A stretch of DNA of 64,000 nucleotides, taken from NCBI GenBank assembly GCA_016218805.1, contig JACRCW010000081.1, forward strand, positions 1 through 64,000, read 5' to 3'. Below the pieces are notes generated by a model, which had not been told where the DNA came from, searched no databases, and saw nothing but the letters and a program-made list of their open reading frames with translations. The translations under genes and the position numbers were made by a program. Positions 17,641 to 26,681 of this stretch are shown here, piece by piece. The number at the start of each line of letters is the position of its first letter. Within the stretch, counting starts at the first letter, position 1. Source of the stretch: Deltaproteobacteria bacterium (GTDB lineage Bacteria > Myxococcota > JACRCW01).

Positions 17641-20112
17641 CTATTGGAAGAAGTACGCGCCGCTGCGGTACTGCGCGCCGACGACAAAAGTCACGCCGGA
17701 CACCGCCACGGAAGTGCCGAACTCCGCGCCGCTGGTGGGATCCAGCGGCTTGAAGAACGCGGACAGCGGCCAGGTGGTGCCGCTGCGCGTGTAGACGTAC
17801 GCCGCGCCCGCGCCGGACACGGAGTTGTCGCCGCTGGCGGTGCGGCTGGTCCCAACGAAGTTGCTGGATTCACCGATGGCGCCCACCACCAGCGTGTCAC
17901 CATCCAGGTCCACGGCGGCGCCAAAGCGGTCCTGCTCGTCGATGGCCGGGGCCTTCACGTAGGCCTGATGCGACCATGTGGTGCCCCCGCCGTCGTGAAA
18001 CAGGACGTACACGGCGCCCGCACTGTTGCGCGTGTCGTTGGCCGGGTCGTTGACCACCGCGCTTTGTTCGCCCGGTGCGCCCACCGCGGCGTAGTCCCCG
18101 GAGATGGCCACGGCCGTCCCGAAGTTGTCCGCCGCGTCGATGCCGGCGGCCGGGCCCTTCACGTACGTCACCGTGGAAAAGCCGGCGGACTCGTAGATGA
18201 ACGCGGCACCGGATTGCGCCATGGGCGAGGTGAAGTTGGGTACGGGGTTGATGCCGGCCACGGAACTGCTTTCGCCCGGGGCGCCAATGATCACCCGCGG
18301 TGACGGGCTGGACGTGATGGCCACCGCGTGGCCGAACCGATCATCCGCGCGGAAGTTGGCGGCGCGCAGCCGGTTGGCCTGCGTCCAACTGCCGCCGTTG
18401 TCCCGGAAGATGTACGCGGCGCCGGAGAAGTCGGAGGACGCGGCGCCTTCGCCCGGTGCGCCGGCGACCACGTATGGCAGCGCGATGTCCACGCTGCTTC
18501 CCAGTCCCTGCTGCGCGGTGGTGTTGGCGCTCTTGAGGTACGCGGTGGGTGACCAGGTACCGCCGCTGCGCTTGAACACGTAGACCGCGCCGGAATCGGC
18601 CGCCGTGTTGTCGGTGCTGCCCTGGTCCATCACGCGGCTGCTGGAATCCTCAAACGGTGCGCCCACCACCAACACGTCACCCTGCAGCGCCACCGCCTGC
18701 CCAAAGGCGTCCCCGTCATCCGCGTTGGGCGCAAGGATGCGCTGCTGCTCCACGCAGTCCCCGCCGCCCTGGTCAATGAACACGAACACCACGCCGGGGG
18801 TGAACGTGGTGGTGTTGGGCGTGAAGAACGGCGCGCCGACGGCAATGGTGTCGCCGTCGACCGCCACCGCGTAGCCCAACGACTGGTCAATGGTGTCCGT
18901 GACGGCGTCCGCCTGCGCGGGGAGCGGATCCCAGGTGACGGACGAATCCACGCGCGTGGCCGCGTTCAGCGCCGCGTCCGTCGCGTCAATGCGCACCTCG
19001 CGCGCGCCGGGGGCGCCGGCGTACTGGACGGTGGCGGTGAACTTCCCGGTTGCGTCCGCCGTGGGGGCACACCCGGCGTTTTCCGCCGTGGAGCAGGCCA
19101 CGCAAGGAACGGACGCGGGGTTCACGCTCCCCGCCGCGGGCGTGAACGTGCCCGCACCCACGTACGTGAACGACACGGTGCCACCGTATTCGCACCAGCC
19201 GGTGTAGGTGACCGTGCGGCGGGTGACCGTACCCGTCGGAGAGGTGAGCGCCAGCAGGGGCGCGTAGGCGGTGTCGTCGTTGTCGCGCAGGGTGACGGTG
19301 AAGGTATCCGGCAACCCGAGGCTGCCTACGGGGCTGGGCTGGCCGAGCGTAATGACCACCGTCTCGTCGAGCTCAACGTCCGCGTCATCCGTGATGGTGA
19401 AGCTGATGGGGCCGGTACCGCCGGCGCCCGACGTGAACGTCAGGCTTCCGGCGACCAGCGAGTGGTCCCCGGTGGACGCCGTACCGCCGACCGTGAAGGG
19501 CACGGTGATGGTCACCGGTGCGGGCGCGCCGGAGAGGATGACGACGGGAACCGACGCGGGTGACGCGTTCCCCTCCGTGAGGGAGGTGGTGCCCGTGCCA
19601 AACGCAAACACCGGCCCGGACGCCGAGGTGGACGACGACGAAGGAGGCGCGGACGACGATGATACCGCGGCGCTGGAGGACACCGCGGCCGAGCTGGACG
19701 GCGGTGGGCCGGAAGTGGACCCCGCGGACGACGCGGACACCACCGACGACGCGGTGGCGGAGGCGCTGCTGCCCGCGCCCGCGGATGAGGACAGCACACC
19801 GGAGCTGCCGGACAGCGACGAGGACGCCAAGGCGGAACTGGTGGCGTGCGACGACGAGGGCACTCCCGAGGTGGCTGCGCTGGAACCGCCGGCGTGCGAC
19901 GACGACCCGACGGTGCCGCTGCTGGAGCCCTCGCCCTCCTGGCGGTCCCGGCACGTCTTGGTTTCCCGGTCGCAGACGCGGCCTTCTTCGTACAGGCAGT
20001 CCTGATCGGTGTTGCAGGCCGGTTCCGGCGGGCCGCAGCCGGCACCCGCAGCCAACAACGCGACGGGCGCGAGCACCCGACCGACCCGGGAGAGGGCGTC
20101 CTGGAAAGCCAT
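17641..20112 (-). CDS. Lipoprotein with Ser-rich linker, Calx-beta domain, Ig-like segment and FG-GAP (integrin-like) beta-propeller
   Basis: Lipobox AGAGC, long poly-Ser tract, ITDDADVELDETVVITL (Calx-beta), and about 7 FG.AVA..GD...VGAP...GA.Y repeats. Confidence 0.88.
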   Translation of the reverse strand: MAFQDALSRVGRVLAPVALLAAGAGCGPPEPACNTDQDCLYEEGRVCDRETKTCRDRQEGEGSSSGTVGSSSHAGGSSAATSGVPSSSHATSSALASSSLSGSSGVLSSSAGAGSSASATASSVVSASSAGSTSGPPPSSSAAVSSSAAVSSSSAPPSSSSTSASGPVFAFGTGTTSLTEGNASPASVPVVILSGAPAPVTITVPFTVGGTASTGDHSLVAGSLTFTSGAGGTGPISFTITDDADVELDETVVITLGQPSPVGSLGLPDTFTVTLRDNDDTAYAPLLALTSPTGTVTRRTVTYTGWCEYGGTVSFTYVGAGTFTPAAGSVNPASVPCVACSTAENAGCAPTADATGKFTATVQYAGAPGAREVRIDATDAALNAATRVDSSVTWDPLPAQADAVTDTIDQSLGYAVAVDGDTIAVGAPFFTPNTTTFTPGVVFVFIDQGGGDCVEQQRILAPNADDGDAFGQAVALQGDVLVVGAPFEDSSSRVMDQGSTDNTAADSGAVYVFKRSGGTWSPTAYLKSANTTAQQGLGSSVDIALPYVVAGAPGEGAASSDFSGAAYIFRDNGGSWTQANRLRAANFRADDRFGHAVAITSSPSPRVIIGAPGESSSVAGINPVPNFTSPMAQSGAAFIYESAGFSTVTYVKGPAAGIDAADNFGTAVAISGDYAAVGAPGEQSAVVNDPANDTRNSAGAVYVLFHDGGGTTWSHQAYVKAPAIDEQDRFGAAVDLDGDTLVVGAIGESSNFVGTSRTASGDNSVSGAGAAYVYTRSGTTWPLSAFFKPLDPTSGAEFGTSVAVSGVTFVVGAQYRSGAYFFQ

Positions 20113-20255
20113 GTGCGCACCCATCTGACCTTGTTCCGACGGGAACCGGTCACCCGGCGGAATGAAACCCGTCGGAGTGCACGCGGGTCAAGCGCAGCGC
20201 CGCGCTTGTAGAAGGCCGCCGTGCGGCGCCATGCTCCCGCCCGGAGGCGTTTGCC

Positions 20256-21596
20256 ATGCAACGGTCCTGGAGCGTTGCGGCCTGCGTGGCCGCGAGCCTG
20301 TGGTGTGCATCCGCACGCGCGCACCCCGACATCGACGCGGCGAAGGAACTGATGGGCAAGGGTGACTTCCGCGCCGCGCTGTTGAAGCTGGAACGCGCCG
20401 AGCGGTCACCTGAGCTCAAAGAGGAGGAACTCGTCGACGTGCACTGGAACCGCGGCGTGATCCACCACACGATGGGAAACGCGGAGAAAGCGGATGCGTC
20501 GTTTGACGCCGTGCTGGCGCTGCGCCCGCTGTACACGCCGGACCGCCTGGAGACACCGCCGCCCATCCGGACCGTCTTCCACAAACGCACCGAATTGTAC
20601 GCGGCGGCGCACGGGCTGGAACTCAAGGTGGTCAACGTGAAGGGAGCGGTGCTCAACGTGCAGCTGGTGGGGCACCCGGCGGAGGCGGCGTCACTGGTGG
20701 TGTACGCGCGGCCCGCCGGCCGGGCGACCTATGACAAGGCGGAGGCGACGACGGCGGGCCTGGCCATGGCAAAGGTGCGCCTGGGCGAGAAGGCGCTGTG
20801 GAAGGGGCTGGGTGACGCGGGGGCTCTGGAGGTGGTGCTGGAAGCGCGCAATGCGCGCGGGGTTCCCGTGGCGCGCGCTGGAGACGCGGTGGCGCCCATG
20901 AAGCTCAAGGTGCCCGCCGAAGAACGCGCGCGCGCGCTGGAAGAGTTGGAGCCGCCTCCCGCGCCGGCACCCGCCCCCGTGGCCACCCCCGCCCCGGAGA
21001 AGGCCCCGGCGCCGCCGGAGAAGCCCGCGGAGAAACCCGTGGAGCAACCGCGCGATGAGAAGCCCGCACCGCCCCCGGAGCCCACCAAGGTGCTGGTGCT
21101 GACGCGCCCTGAGCCCGCGCCTTCGGTCCCCTACGCGCCCCCGCCGCCGCAGCAGTACATCCCGCCACCCCACCAGCCCTACCCGCAATATCCCAACACC
21201 GCGCCGCCCCAGGCTCCGCACGCCCTCACGCCCACGCCCAACACGGTCCTTCCCGCGCCGCAGGCGCTGCCCGCGCCCGAGGAGGTGGACCCCGTCTCCA
21301 CGACGCTGCGCTGGGTGTCACCGCTGCTGCTGGGGGGCGGCGCCGTCGCCGGCGCGCTGGCCGTGCTGGCGCTGGTCTCCGCGGCGGCCAGCTGGGGAAG
21401 CCTGTATCTCGTCGACCAGCAGCTGCGTGTCGTTGGCAGCGAGCGTTGGTCCTACCGGCCAACCCTGGTGGGCGCCTGGTACGGCACGCTGGTGGGCGGG
21501 GTGGCGCTTCCCGTGGCGGCGGGCGCGCTCGCGCTGGGAGGGACCGGGGTGATCATTGCGGGCGCGGTGGCGGCGGTGCGCGCGTTCATTCTGTGA
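20256..21596 (+). CDS. Secreted/membrane protein with a TPR-like N-terminus, Pro-rich linker and C-terminal TM helices
   Basis: Signal peptide (ARA), helical TPR-like region, P/A/E/K-rich linker and hydrophobic C-terminus. Confidence 0.7.
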   Translation: MQRSWSVAACVAASLWCASARAHPDIDAAKELMGKGDFRAALLKLERAERSPELKEEELVDVHWNRGVIHHTMGNAEKADASFDAVLALRPLYTPDRLETPPPIRTVFHKRTELYAAAHGLELKVVNVKGAVLNVQLVGHPAEAASLVVYARPAGRATYDKAEATTAGLAMAKVRLGEKALWKGLGDAGALEVVLEARNARGVPVARAGDAVAPMKLKVPAEERARALEELEPPPAPAPAPVATPAPEKAPAPPEKPAEKPVEQPRDEKPAPPPEPTKVLVLTRPEPAPSVPYAPPPPQQYIPPPHQPYPQYPNTAPPQAPHALTPTPNTVLPAPQALPAPEEVDPVSTTLRWVSPLLLGGGAVAGALAVLALVSAAASWGSLYLVDQQLRVVGSERWSYRPTLVGAWYGTLVGGVALPVAAGALALGGTGVIIAGAVAAVRAFIL

Positions 21597-21618
21597 CGGG
21601 GGGCGGCCCAGCCCGACC

Positions 21619-21641
21619 GTAATGTAATGTAATGTATACAT
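21619..21641. repeat. AT-rich (GTAAT)x3 microsatellite running into the palindrome ATGTATACAT, between convergent genes
   Basis: GTAATGTAATGTAATGTATACAT read directly from the sequence. Confidence 0.7.
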
Positions 21642-21659
21642 GACGGAGGTGCGGCCGCG

Positions 21660-22397
21660 TCAGCGGCGCCGCACGGAGACCGCGGTCCCGCGGCCGGGAA
21701 GCGGGCGGGCCTGCGGGGGTTCGGACGGGGGCAGGGAGAGCGCGGGACGGGCAGGGGCCGGTGCAGGCGTAGGTTCGGCGGGTGCCGCACGCTTGCGGCG
21801 TTCGCGCGGCGCGGCGGGCCGCTCAGTGGGTTGGGGTGCGGCAGGCCTCTCCACCACGGGAACCGGGGGGGCGACGACCACGGGAGTGGGCGCCGGCGAC
21901 GGCGCGACGGGTGCGGGGGGGGTTGCGGGAGCGGGCGGGCGCGAGCGCGACGGCGGCCGCGTGGATGGACGCGGCTGCGGCGTGGGCGGGCGGGACTCCA
22001 CGCGCGCGGGGGCGGGCGGCGGCGGGGCGGGCTCCGGCGTGGGCGGCGGCCGCGCGGCGGCCATCTCAGGTGTGAGGACGTTGCCGCGGAACAGCGCGCC
22101 GTCCTCCATCACCACTTCCGGCGTGACCAGGTCACCCACCACGCGGCACCCGTGCAGCAGCTCCACCGCCTCGGATGCAAACACCGTCCCCAGCACCACG
22201 CCCTGCACCACCGCGCGCCGCACGTGCAGCTCCGCGCGCACCAGTGCGGACGGTCCCACCGTCAGCGTGCCCGCCAGATCCACGCGGCCTTCCAGCCGCC
22301 CGTCAACGGTGACGTCCGCCTTGCCCGCCACCTGTCCCTGCACCACCAGGCCGTGGCCCACCAGGATGCTGCCGGGGAAGCCGAATCCCGTCGTCAC
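21660..22397 (-). CDS. Bactofilin with a long Pro-rich C-terminal tail (BacP-like)
   Basis: Bactofilin beta-helix (V.G...G...V.V.G..EG, V.GD......EDGA.F.G.V) plus about 140 aa of disordered tail. Third gene of a triplet. Confidence 0.85.
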   Translation of the reverse strand: MTTGFGFPGSILVGHGLVVQGQVAGKADVTVDGRLEGRVDLAGTLTVGPSALVRAELHVRRAVVQGVVLGTVFASEAVELLHGCRVVGDLVTPEVVMEDGALFRGNVLTPEMAAARPPPTPEPAPPPPAPARVESRPPTPQPRPSTRPPSRSRPPAPATPPAPVAPSPAPTPVVVAPPVPVVERPAAPQPTERPAAPRERRKRAAPAEPTPAPAPARPALSLPPSEPPQARPLPGRGTAVSVRRR

Positions 22398-22702
22398 AGC
22401 GCCACGTTCCCCTTGAACACCGCCCCGTTGGCAATGAGCACGCGCGGGGCGCGGATGTCCCCGGTGACGCGTCCCGCGGCAAACACCTCCACGCGGTCCT
22501 CCGCCCGGATGTTGCCCACCACTTCGCCTGCCACTTCCACGCTCTTGGCGGCAATGTCCGCGCGCACCGTGCCGCCCACCTCCACGCGCACGTCTGCCGT
22601 CACCTCCACGCTGCCGCTGACCGTCCCCAGCACGACGAGGGGTGAACTCCCCCGCACGTCACCCTGCAGCCGCATGGTCTTCCCCAGCCGCGTGATGGCC
22701 AA
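22394..22702 (-). CDS. Bactofilin (BacO-like)
   Basis: GTVRADIAAKSVEVAGEVVGNI.A..RVE...GRVTGDIRAPRV.I..GA.FKG. TTG start. Confidence 0.88.
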   Translation of the reverse strand: MAITRLGKTMRLQGDVRGSSPLVVLGTVSGSVEVTADVRVEVGGTVRADIAAKSVEVAGEVVGNIRAEDRVEVFAAGRVTGDIRAPRVLIANGAVFKGNVAL

Positions 22703-22713
22703 CAGCCACCTCC

Positions 22714-23055
22714 TCAGGATTCCCCGGGCACCGGGAAGTCCATGGCGATGCGACCCGTGAAATGCGCGCCGGGCTCAATGATCACGCGCGGTGCCTTGAG
22801 GTCCGCGCTGACCTGTGCGCCGGGCAGCAGCTGCACCCAGTCCACCGCGGTGAGCGTTCCCTCCACGCGGCCGGCCACCGCGGCGGACAGCACCTGCAGC
22901 TCGCCGGAGACGTTGCCGGATTCACGGACCTCCAGGTGGTGCGTCAGCTGCAGCCGGCCCTCAAACGCGCCCGCCACATCGAGCGGTTCCTCGCCCGTCA
23001 GCGTCCCGCGGAGCTGTGCGCCCGGCCCCAGGCCGGCGCCGTCATCCTGCGCCAT
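22714..23055 (-). CDS. Bactofilin (BacN-like)
   Basis: G.LTGEEPL.V.G.FEG...V.G.VEG...V.ADLKAPRVIIEPGA.F.G.I.M. Confidence 0.88.
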   Translation of the reverse strand: MAQDDGAGLGPGAQLRGTLTGEEPLDVAGAFEGRLQLTHHLEVRESGNVSGELQVLSAAVAGRVEGTLTAVDWVQLLPGAQVSADLKAPRVIIEPGAHFTGRIAMDFPVPGES

Positions 23056-23143
23056 GCAGCACTGTGTAGGGTTCCCGTGCGCGGCGGGTCAACAAAAGTG
23101 ACGTCGGGTGGCCCGCGCGGGGGCCGGCTGCTACACCGCGCGC

Positions 23144-23551
23144 ATGGCGGCATTCCTGGTGAAGAGTGACCCGGACACCTACGGACTGGCGGACCTGGAG
23201 CGGGACGGCCGCACCCGGTGGGACGGCGTGAAGAACCCCGTGGCGCAGAAACACCTGCGCAGCATCGCGCGCGGTGACGACGTGCTTGTGTATCATTCGG
23301 GCGCGGAGAAGGCGGTGGTGGGCCTGGCGCGCGCCGCCTCCGCCCCGTACGCGGACCCGGGGGACCCGGCCGGGAAGCTGTATGTGGTGGACCTGCAGTT
23401 TGTCTCCCGCGTGCGCACGCCGCTGGCGCTCAAGGAGATCCGCGCGGACCCGGCCACCGCGCAGATGGAGTTGTGCCGGATGCCGCGCCTGTCGGTGATG
23501 CCCGTGGCGCCCGCGGCGCTGGCCGCCATCCGGCGCCACACGGGGTTGTGA
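23144..23551 (+). CDS. EVE domain protein
   Basis: FLVKSDPDTY, WDGVKNPVA, GD.VLVYHSG, YADP and RLSVMPV motifs. Start re-called at ATG 23144. Confidence 0.92.
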   Translation: MAAFLVKSDPDTYGLADLERDGRTRWDGVKNPVAQKHLRSIARGDDVLVYHSGAEKAVVGLARAASAPYADPGDPAGKLYVVDLQFVSRVRTPLALKEIRADPATAQMELCRMPRLSVMPVAPAALAAIRRHTGL

Positions 23552-23558
23552 GTCCGCC

Positions 23559-23930
23559 ATGCCCGCCGGACGTGACTTTGCGGAGGCCGTCTACGCGCTG
23601 GTGTGCCAGATCCCGCGCGGGCAGGTGGCCAGCTACAGCCAGGTGGGCACCTACCTGGGCTCCCCGCGGCTGGCGCGCGCAGTGGGCAACGCGCTGCGCG
23701 AACTCACCCGCGCGCGCGCCCGTGAAGTCCCCTGGCAGCGCGTGATCCGCGCCGACGGGCGGGTGGCCGTGCGCGGGGATGTCACGCGTCCCTCTCGCCA
23801 GGTGCAGCTGCTGCGCGCGGAGGGGATTCCCATTGGCCCGGACGGGCGGATTCCCATGGAGGCGTTCGGTTGGCGCGGACCCAGGCGGCAGCCCAGCGCG
23901 CAGTTCCACCAGCACGCGCCGCGGCGCTGA
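23559..23930 (+). CDS. Alkyltransferase-like (ATL) protein of the MGMT family, non-catalytic
   Basis: IPRGQVASYSQV, ARAVGNAL, PWQRV in place of the catalytic PCHRV, and QVQLLRAEGI. Confidence 0.88.
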   Translation: MPAGRDFAEAVYALVCQIPRGQVASYSQVGTYLGSPRLARAVGNALRELTRARAREVPWQRVIRADGRVAVRGDVTRPSRQVQLLRAEGIPIGPDGRIPMEAFGWRGPRRQPSAQFHQHAPRR

Positions 23931-23949
23931 ATCCAAACCCCAGTAAATG

Positions 23950-23984
23950 CACCGCCCGGAGGCGGTCTTGCCCTCCGGGCGGTG
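23950..23984. terminator. GC-rich hairpin between the convergent ATL and Hsp20 genes, probable terminator
   Basis: Perfect 13-bp stem CACCGCCCGGAGG / CCTCCGGGCGGTG with a 9-nt loop. Only a short T tract follows on the minus strand. Confidence 0.65.
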
Positions 23985-24023
23985 GGAGTGTCGCTTCACA
24001 CGAGGTGGTGCAAGGTCCCGGAC

Positions 24024-24497
24024 CTACTTCTTGTCCGTCTTGACCTCCACGCGGGTGGTCTTGCTCTGTGCCTGGCGTGGCACGAACAAATGCAGCACTC
24101 CATTTTTCAACTCCGCCTTCGCCTTGTCCGTGTCGGCGACATCCGGAAGCGTGAAGACGCGTGTGAACGCACCGTACGACCGCTCCAGGCTGTACCAGGT
24201 ATCGCCTTTGTCCTCCTTCTCCTGCTCACGTTTTCCAGCGATACGGAGCTGGTTCCCCTGGAACGTGACCTCGAGATCGGCCTCGTTCACTCCGGGGAGA
24301 TCCGCTTTGATGATGTACCCCTCCTTGTTCTCCTTCACGTCAAAGCCCGGGACGAAGGTATCCACGCGTTTCTCCGTGCCGGAGAACATCGGGTAGTTGG
24401 TCCCCCACGGAGTGGCGCTCATCATCTCGCGCATCATTCGGAAGGGATCCCACTCGGACACCTGCGTGTTCGGGTTGAGTCTTTGCAGCAAGCCCAT
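24024..24497 (-). CDS. Hsp20/alpha-crystallin small heat-shock protein
   Basis: P.FDVKE, ADLPGV, ERSYGAFTRVFTLP and A.LKNGVL motifs. GAGGAGG RBS before ATG 24497. Confidence 0.93.
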   Translation of the reverse strand: MGLLQRLNPNTQVSEWDPFRMMREMMSATPWGTNYPMFSGTEKRVDTFVPGFDVKENKEGYIIKADLPGVNEADLEVTFQGNQLRIAGKREQEKEDKGDTWYSLERSYGAFTRVFTLPDVADTDKAKAELKNGVLHLFVPRQAQSKTTRVEVKTDKK

Positions 24498-24605
24498 GGC
24501 TTCCTCCTCTGCCCCGCCCCGGCGCCCACGCAGTGCGCCCACCGCGCAACCAAGCCAGCACCCCACATCCCCGCAAGGCTGATCAGCGGAAATGTGCCGA
24601 ATTGT

Positions 24606-24621
24606 AGGCACCGTAAATGCA
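24606..24621 (+). promoter_or_regulatory. Candidate sigma54 promoter upstream of the efflux operon
   Basis: AGGCACCGTAAATGCA with GG-N10-GC spacing, in an AT-enriched intergenic region. Confidence 0.3.
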
Positions 24622-24741
24622 GTGAAACACTCCTGCGCCGGCAACGGGACGTAACCATGCGGATATTCTGCAAAGAACCGTGTCGGTCCCCGTGCGTGTG
24701 GGCCGCCAAGTCACCATCTTCAGTTCCGGGAGGTGGTGCCC

Positions 24742-25971
24742 ATGACCGCTGTGTCGCCTCCGATGCCGGATCAACACATCTCGCAGGTGCTGGGGCTGGA
24801 TGGCCGTGCCCGCCGGTGGCGACGTGCGGCCTGGGTGGTGGTGGCCGGCGTGCTGGTGGCGGTGGGGTCCGCGTATGCATGGCGGACCGTGCAAGGCCGG
24901 ACCGCGCGAATCCCCGGTTATGAAACGGGCGTGGCGGAGCGTGGTGACCTCACCGTTGCCGTGACCGCCACGGGGCGCCTGGAGCCGGCCAACCGCGTGC
25001 AGGTTGGCGCGGAGATCAGCGGCCGCATTGCTGAGGTGAAAGCGGACTTCAACCACCGCGTCACGCGCGGGCAGGTGCTGGCGGAACTGGACACTGAGCA
25101 GCTGCGCATCCGCGTGGACGAGGTCCGCGCGGCGGTGGCGCTGGCCAAGGCCGCGGTGGCGCAGGCCGACGCGACGCTGCTGGACACCACGGCCACCCAG
25201 CAGCGCGTGGAGCAGTTGCACCAGCGCCAGATGGTCTCCGATGCAGAGGACGGTGCGGCGACGGCGGCGCTGGCGCGGGCGCGGGCGATGAAAGCGAGCG
25301 CGTTGGCCCAGGTGCAGAGCGCCGAAGCCGCGTTGGCTGCCGCGAACTCCGCGCTGCGCCGCGCCGTGGTTCGCTCCCCCATCAGCGGCATTGTCCTGTC
25401 ACGCACGGTGGAGCGCGGGCAGACGGTGATTGCCGCGCTCCAGGCGCCGGTGCTGTTCACCATTGCGGAGGATCTTGCGCAGATGCGGCTGCACACCAAC
25501 GTGGACGAAGCCGACGTGGGCCGCGTGCGCGAAGGTCAGCGCGCGACCTTCACGGTGGACGCCTACCCGGGCAAGACGTTTGACGCGGTGATCATTGAAG
25601 TGCGGCACGAGCCGCTGTTGGTGCAAAACGTGGTCACGTACGACGCGGTGCTGTCCGTGGCCAACCCGGACCTGCTGCTGCGTCCCGGCATGACCGCCAC
25701 GGCATCCATCCAGACGGACACGCACACGGACGTGTTGCTGGTGCCCAACGCGGCGCTGCGGTGGGCGCCGGCCACCACCGCGCAGGAGCAGGAGGCGGAG
25801 AAGAAGAAGGCGCTCAAGCGGCAGGAGGGCGTGTGGACGGTGGCGGACGGAGTGCTGCGGCGCATCCCGGTGGTGCCCGGCGTCAGTGACGGAGCGCGCA
25901 CCGAGGTCGTCGGCGGGAGCCTGGAGGAGGGAACGCCCGTCATCCTGGCGCTGCAGAAGGTGGCGCCGTGA
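24742..25971 (+). CDS. Efflux periplasmic adaptor subunit (MacA-like)
   Basis: N-terminal TM, V.ATG.LEP...V.VG.EISG, coiled coil, RSPISG.VL, VDEADVG.V and LRPGMTA motifs. Confidence 0.92.
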   Translation: MTAVSPPMPDQHISQVLGLDGRARRWRRAAWVVVAGVLVAVGSAYAWRTVQGRTARIPGYETGVAERGDLTVAVTATGRLEPANRVQVGAEISGRIAEVKADFNHRVTRGQVLAELDTEQLRIRVDEVRAAVALAKAAVAQADATLLDTTATQQRVEQLHQRQMVSDAEDGAATAALARARAMKASALAQVQSAEAALAAANSALRRAVVRSPISGIVLSRTVERGQTVIAALQAPVLFTIAEDLAQMRLHTNVDEADVGRVREGQRATFTVDAYPGKTFDAVIIEVRHEPLLVQNVVTYDAVLSVANPDLLLRPGMTATASIQTDTHTDVLLVPNAALRWAPATTAQEQEAEKKKALKRQEGVWTVADGVLRRIPVVPGVSDGARTEVVGGSLEEGTPVILALQKVAP

Positions 25972-26681
25972 TTGCGGTCCGCGCGGAGCTGCCGGCGCCG
26001 CCGCTGGTGGAGTTGCAGGGCGTGGACAAGGTGTACGGGCGTGGCGATGCCGAGGTGCACGCGCTGCGCGGGGTGGACCTGGGGATCAGCGCGGGGGAGT
26101 TTGTGGCGATCATGGGAGCGTCCGGCTCCGGCAAGTCCACGTGCATGAACATCCTGGGCTGCCTGGATGTGCCCACTTCCGGGCGCTACCTGTTCCGCGG
26201 CGTTGACGTGGCGACGTTGACGCACGACCAGCGCGCGTTGCTGCGGCGCAATTTCATTGGATTTGTCTTCCAGGGCTACAACCTGCTGCCGCGCACGTCC
26301 GCGGTGGAGAACGTGGAGCTGCCGCTGACCTACCGCGGTGTGGAGCGCGCGGAACGGCACCGGCGCGCGCTGGCCGCCCTGCGTGACGTGGGACTGGAGG
26401 GGCGCGAGCTGCACACCGCGGCCGAGCTGTCCGGTGGGCAGCAGCAGCGCGTGGCCATTGCGCGCGCCATTGTGAGCGGCCCGGACCTGCTGCTGGCAGA
26501 CGAGCCAACGGGCAACCTGGACACCGCGCGCTCGCTGGAGCTGATGCGCCTCATCACCACGCTCAACCAGGAACGCGGGCTCACCGTCATCATGGTGACC
26601 CACGAGAACGACATTGCGGCGTTTGCCTCCCGGGTGATCCGCTTCCGGGATGGCGCCGTGGTGCCGGGGAAGGGGGCCTGA
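25968..26681 (+). CDS. ABC transporter ATP-binding protein (MacB/LolD family)
   Basis: GASGSGKST, LSGGQQQRVAIARA, LLADEPTGNLD and VTH motifs. Confidence 0.95.
   Translation: MIAVRAELPAPPLVELQGVDKVYGRGDAEVHALRGVDLGISAGEFVAIMGASGSGKSTCMNILGCLDVPTSGRYLFRGVDVATLTHDQRALLRRNFIGFVFQGYNLLPRTSAVENVELPLTYRGVERAERHRRALAALRDVGLEGRELHTAAELSGGQQQRVAIARAIVSGPDLLLADEPTGNLDTARSLELMRLITTLNQERGLTVIMVTHENDIAAFASRVIRFRDGAVVPGKGA

Noticed and set aside
21612..21642. Firm call as the chromosomal dif site
   Set aside because: Only about 6/11 match to the E. coli XerD arm and a poor XerC arm. Kept only as an unexplained motif.
23559..23930. Active O6-methylguanine methyltransferase (ogt/ada)
   Set aside because: The catalytic Cys is replaced by Trp (PWQRV).
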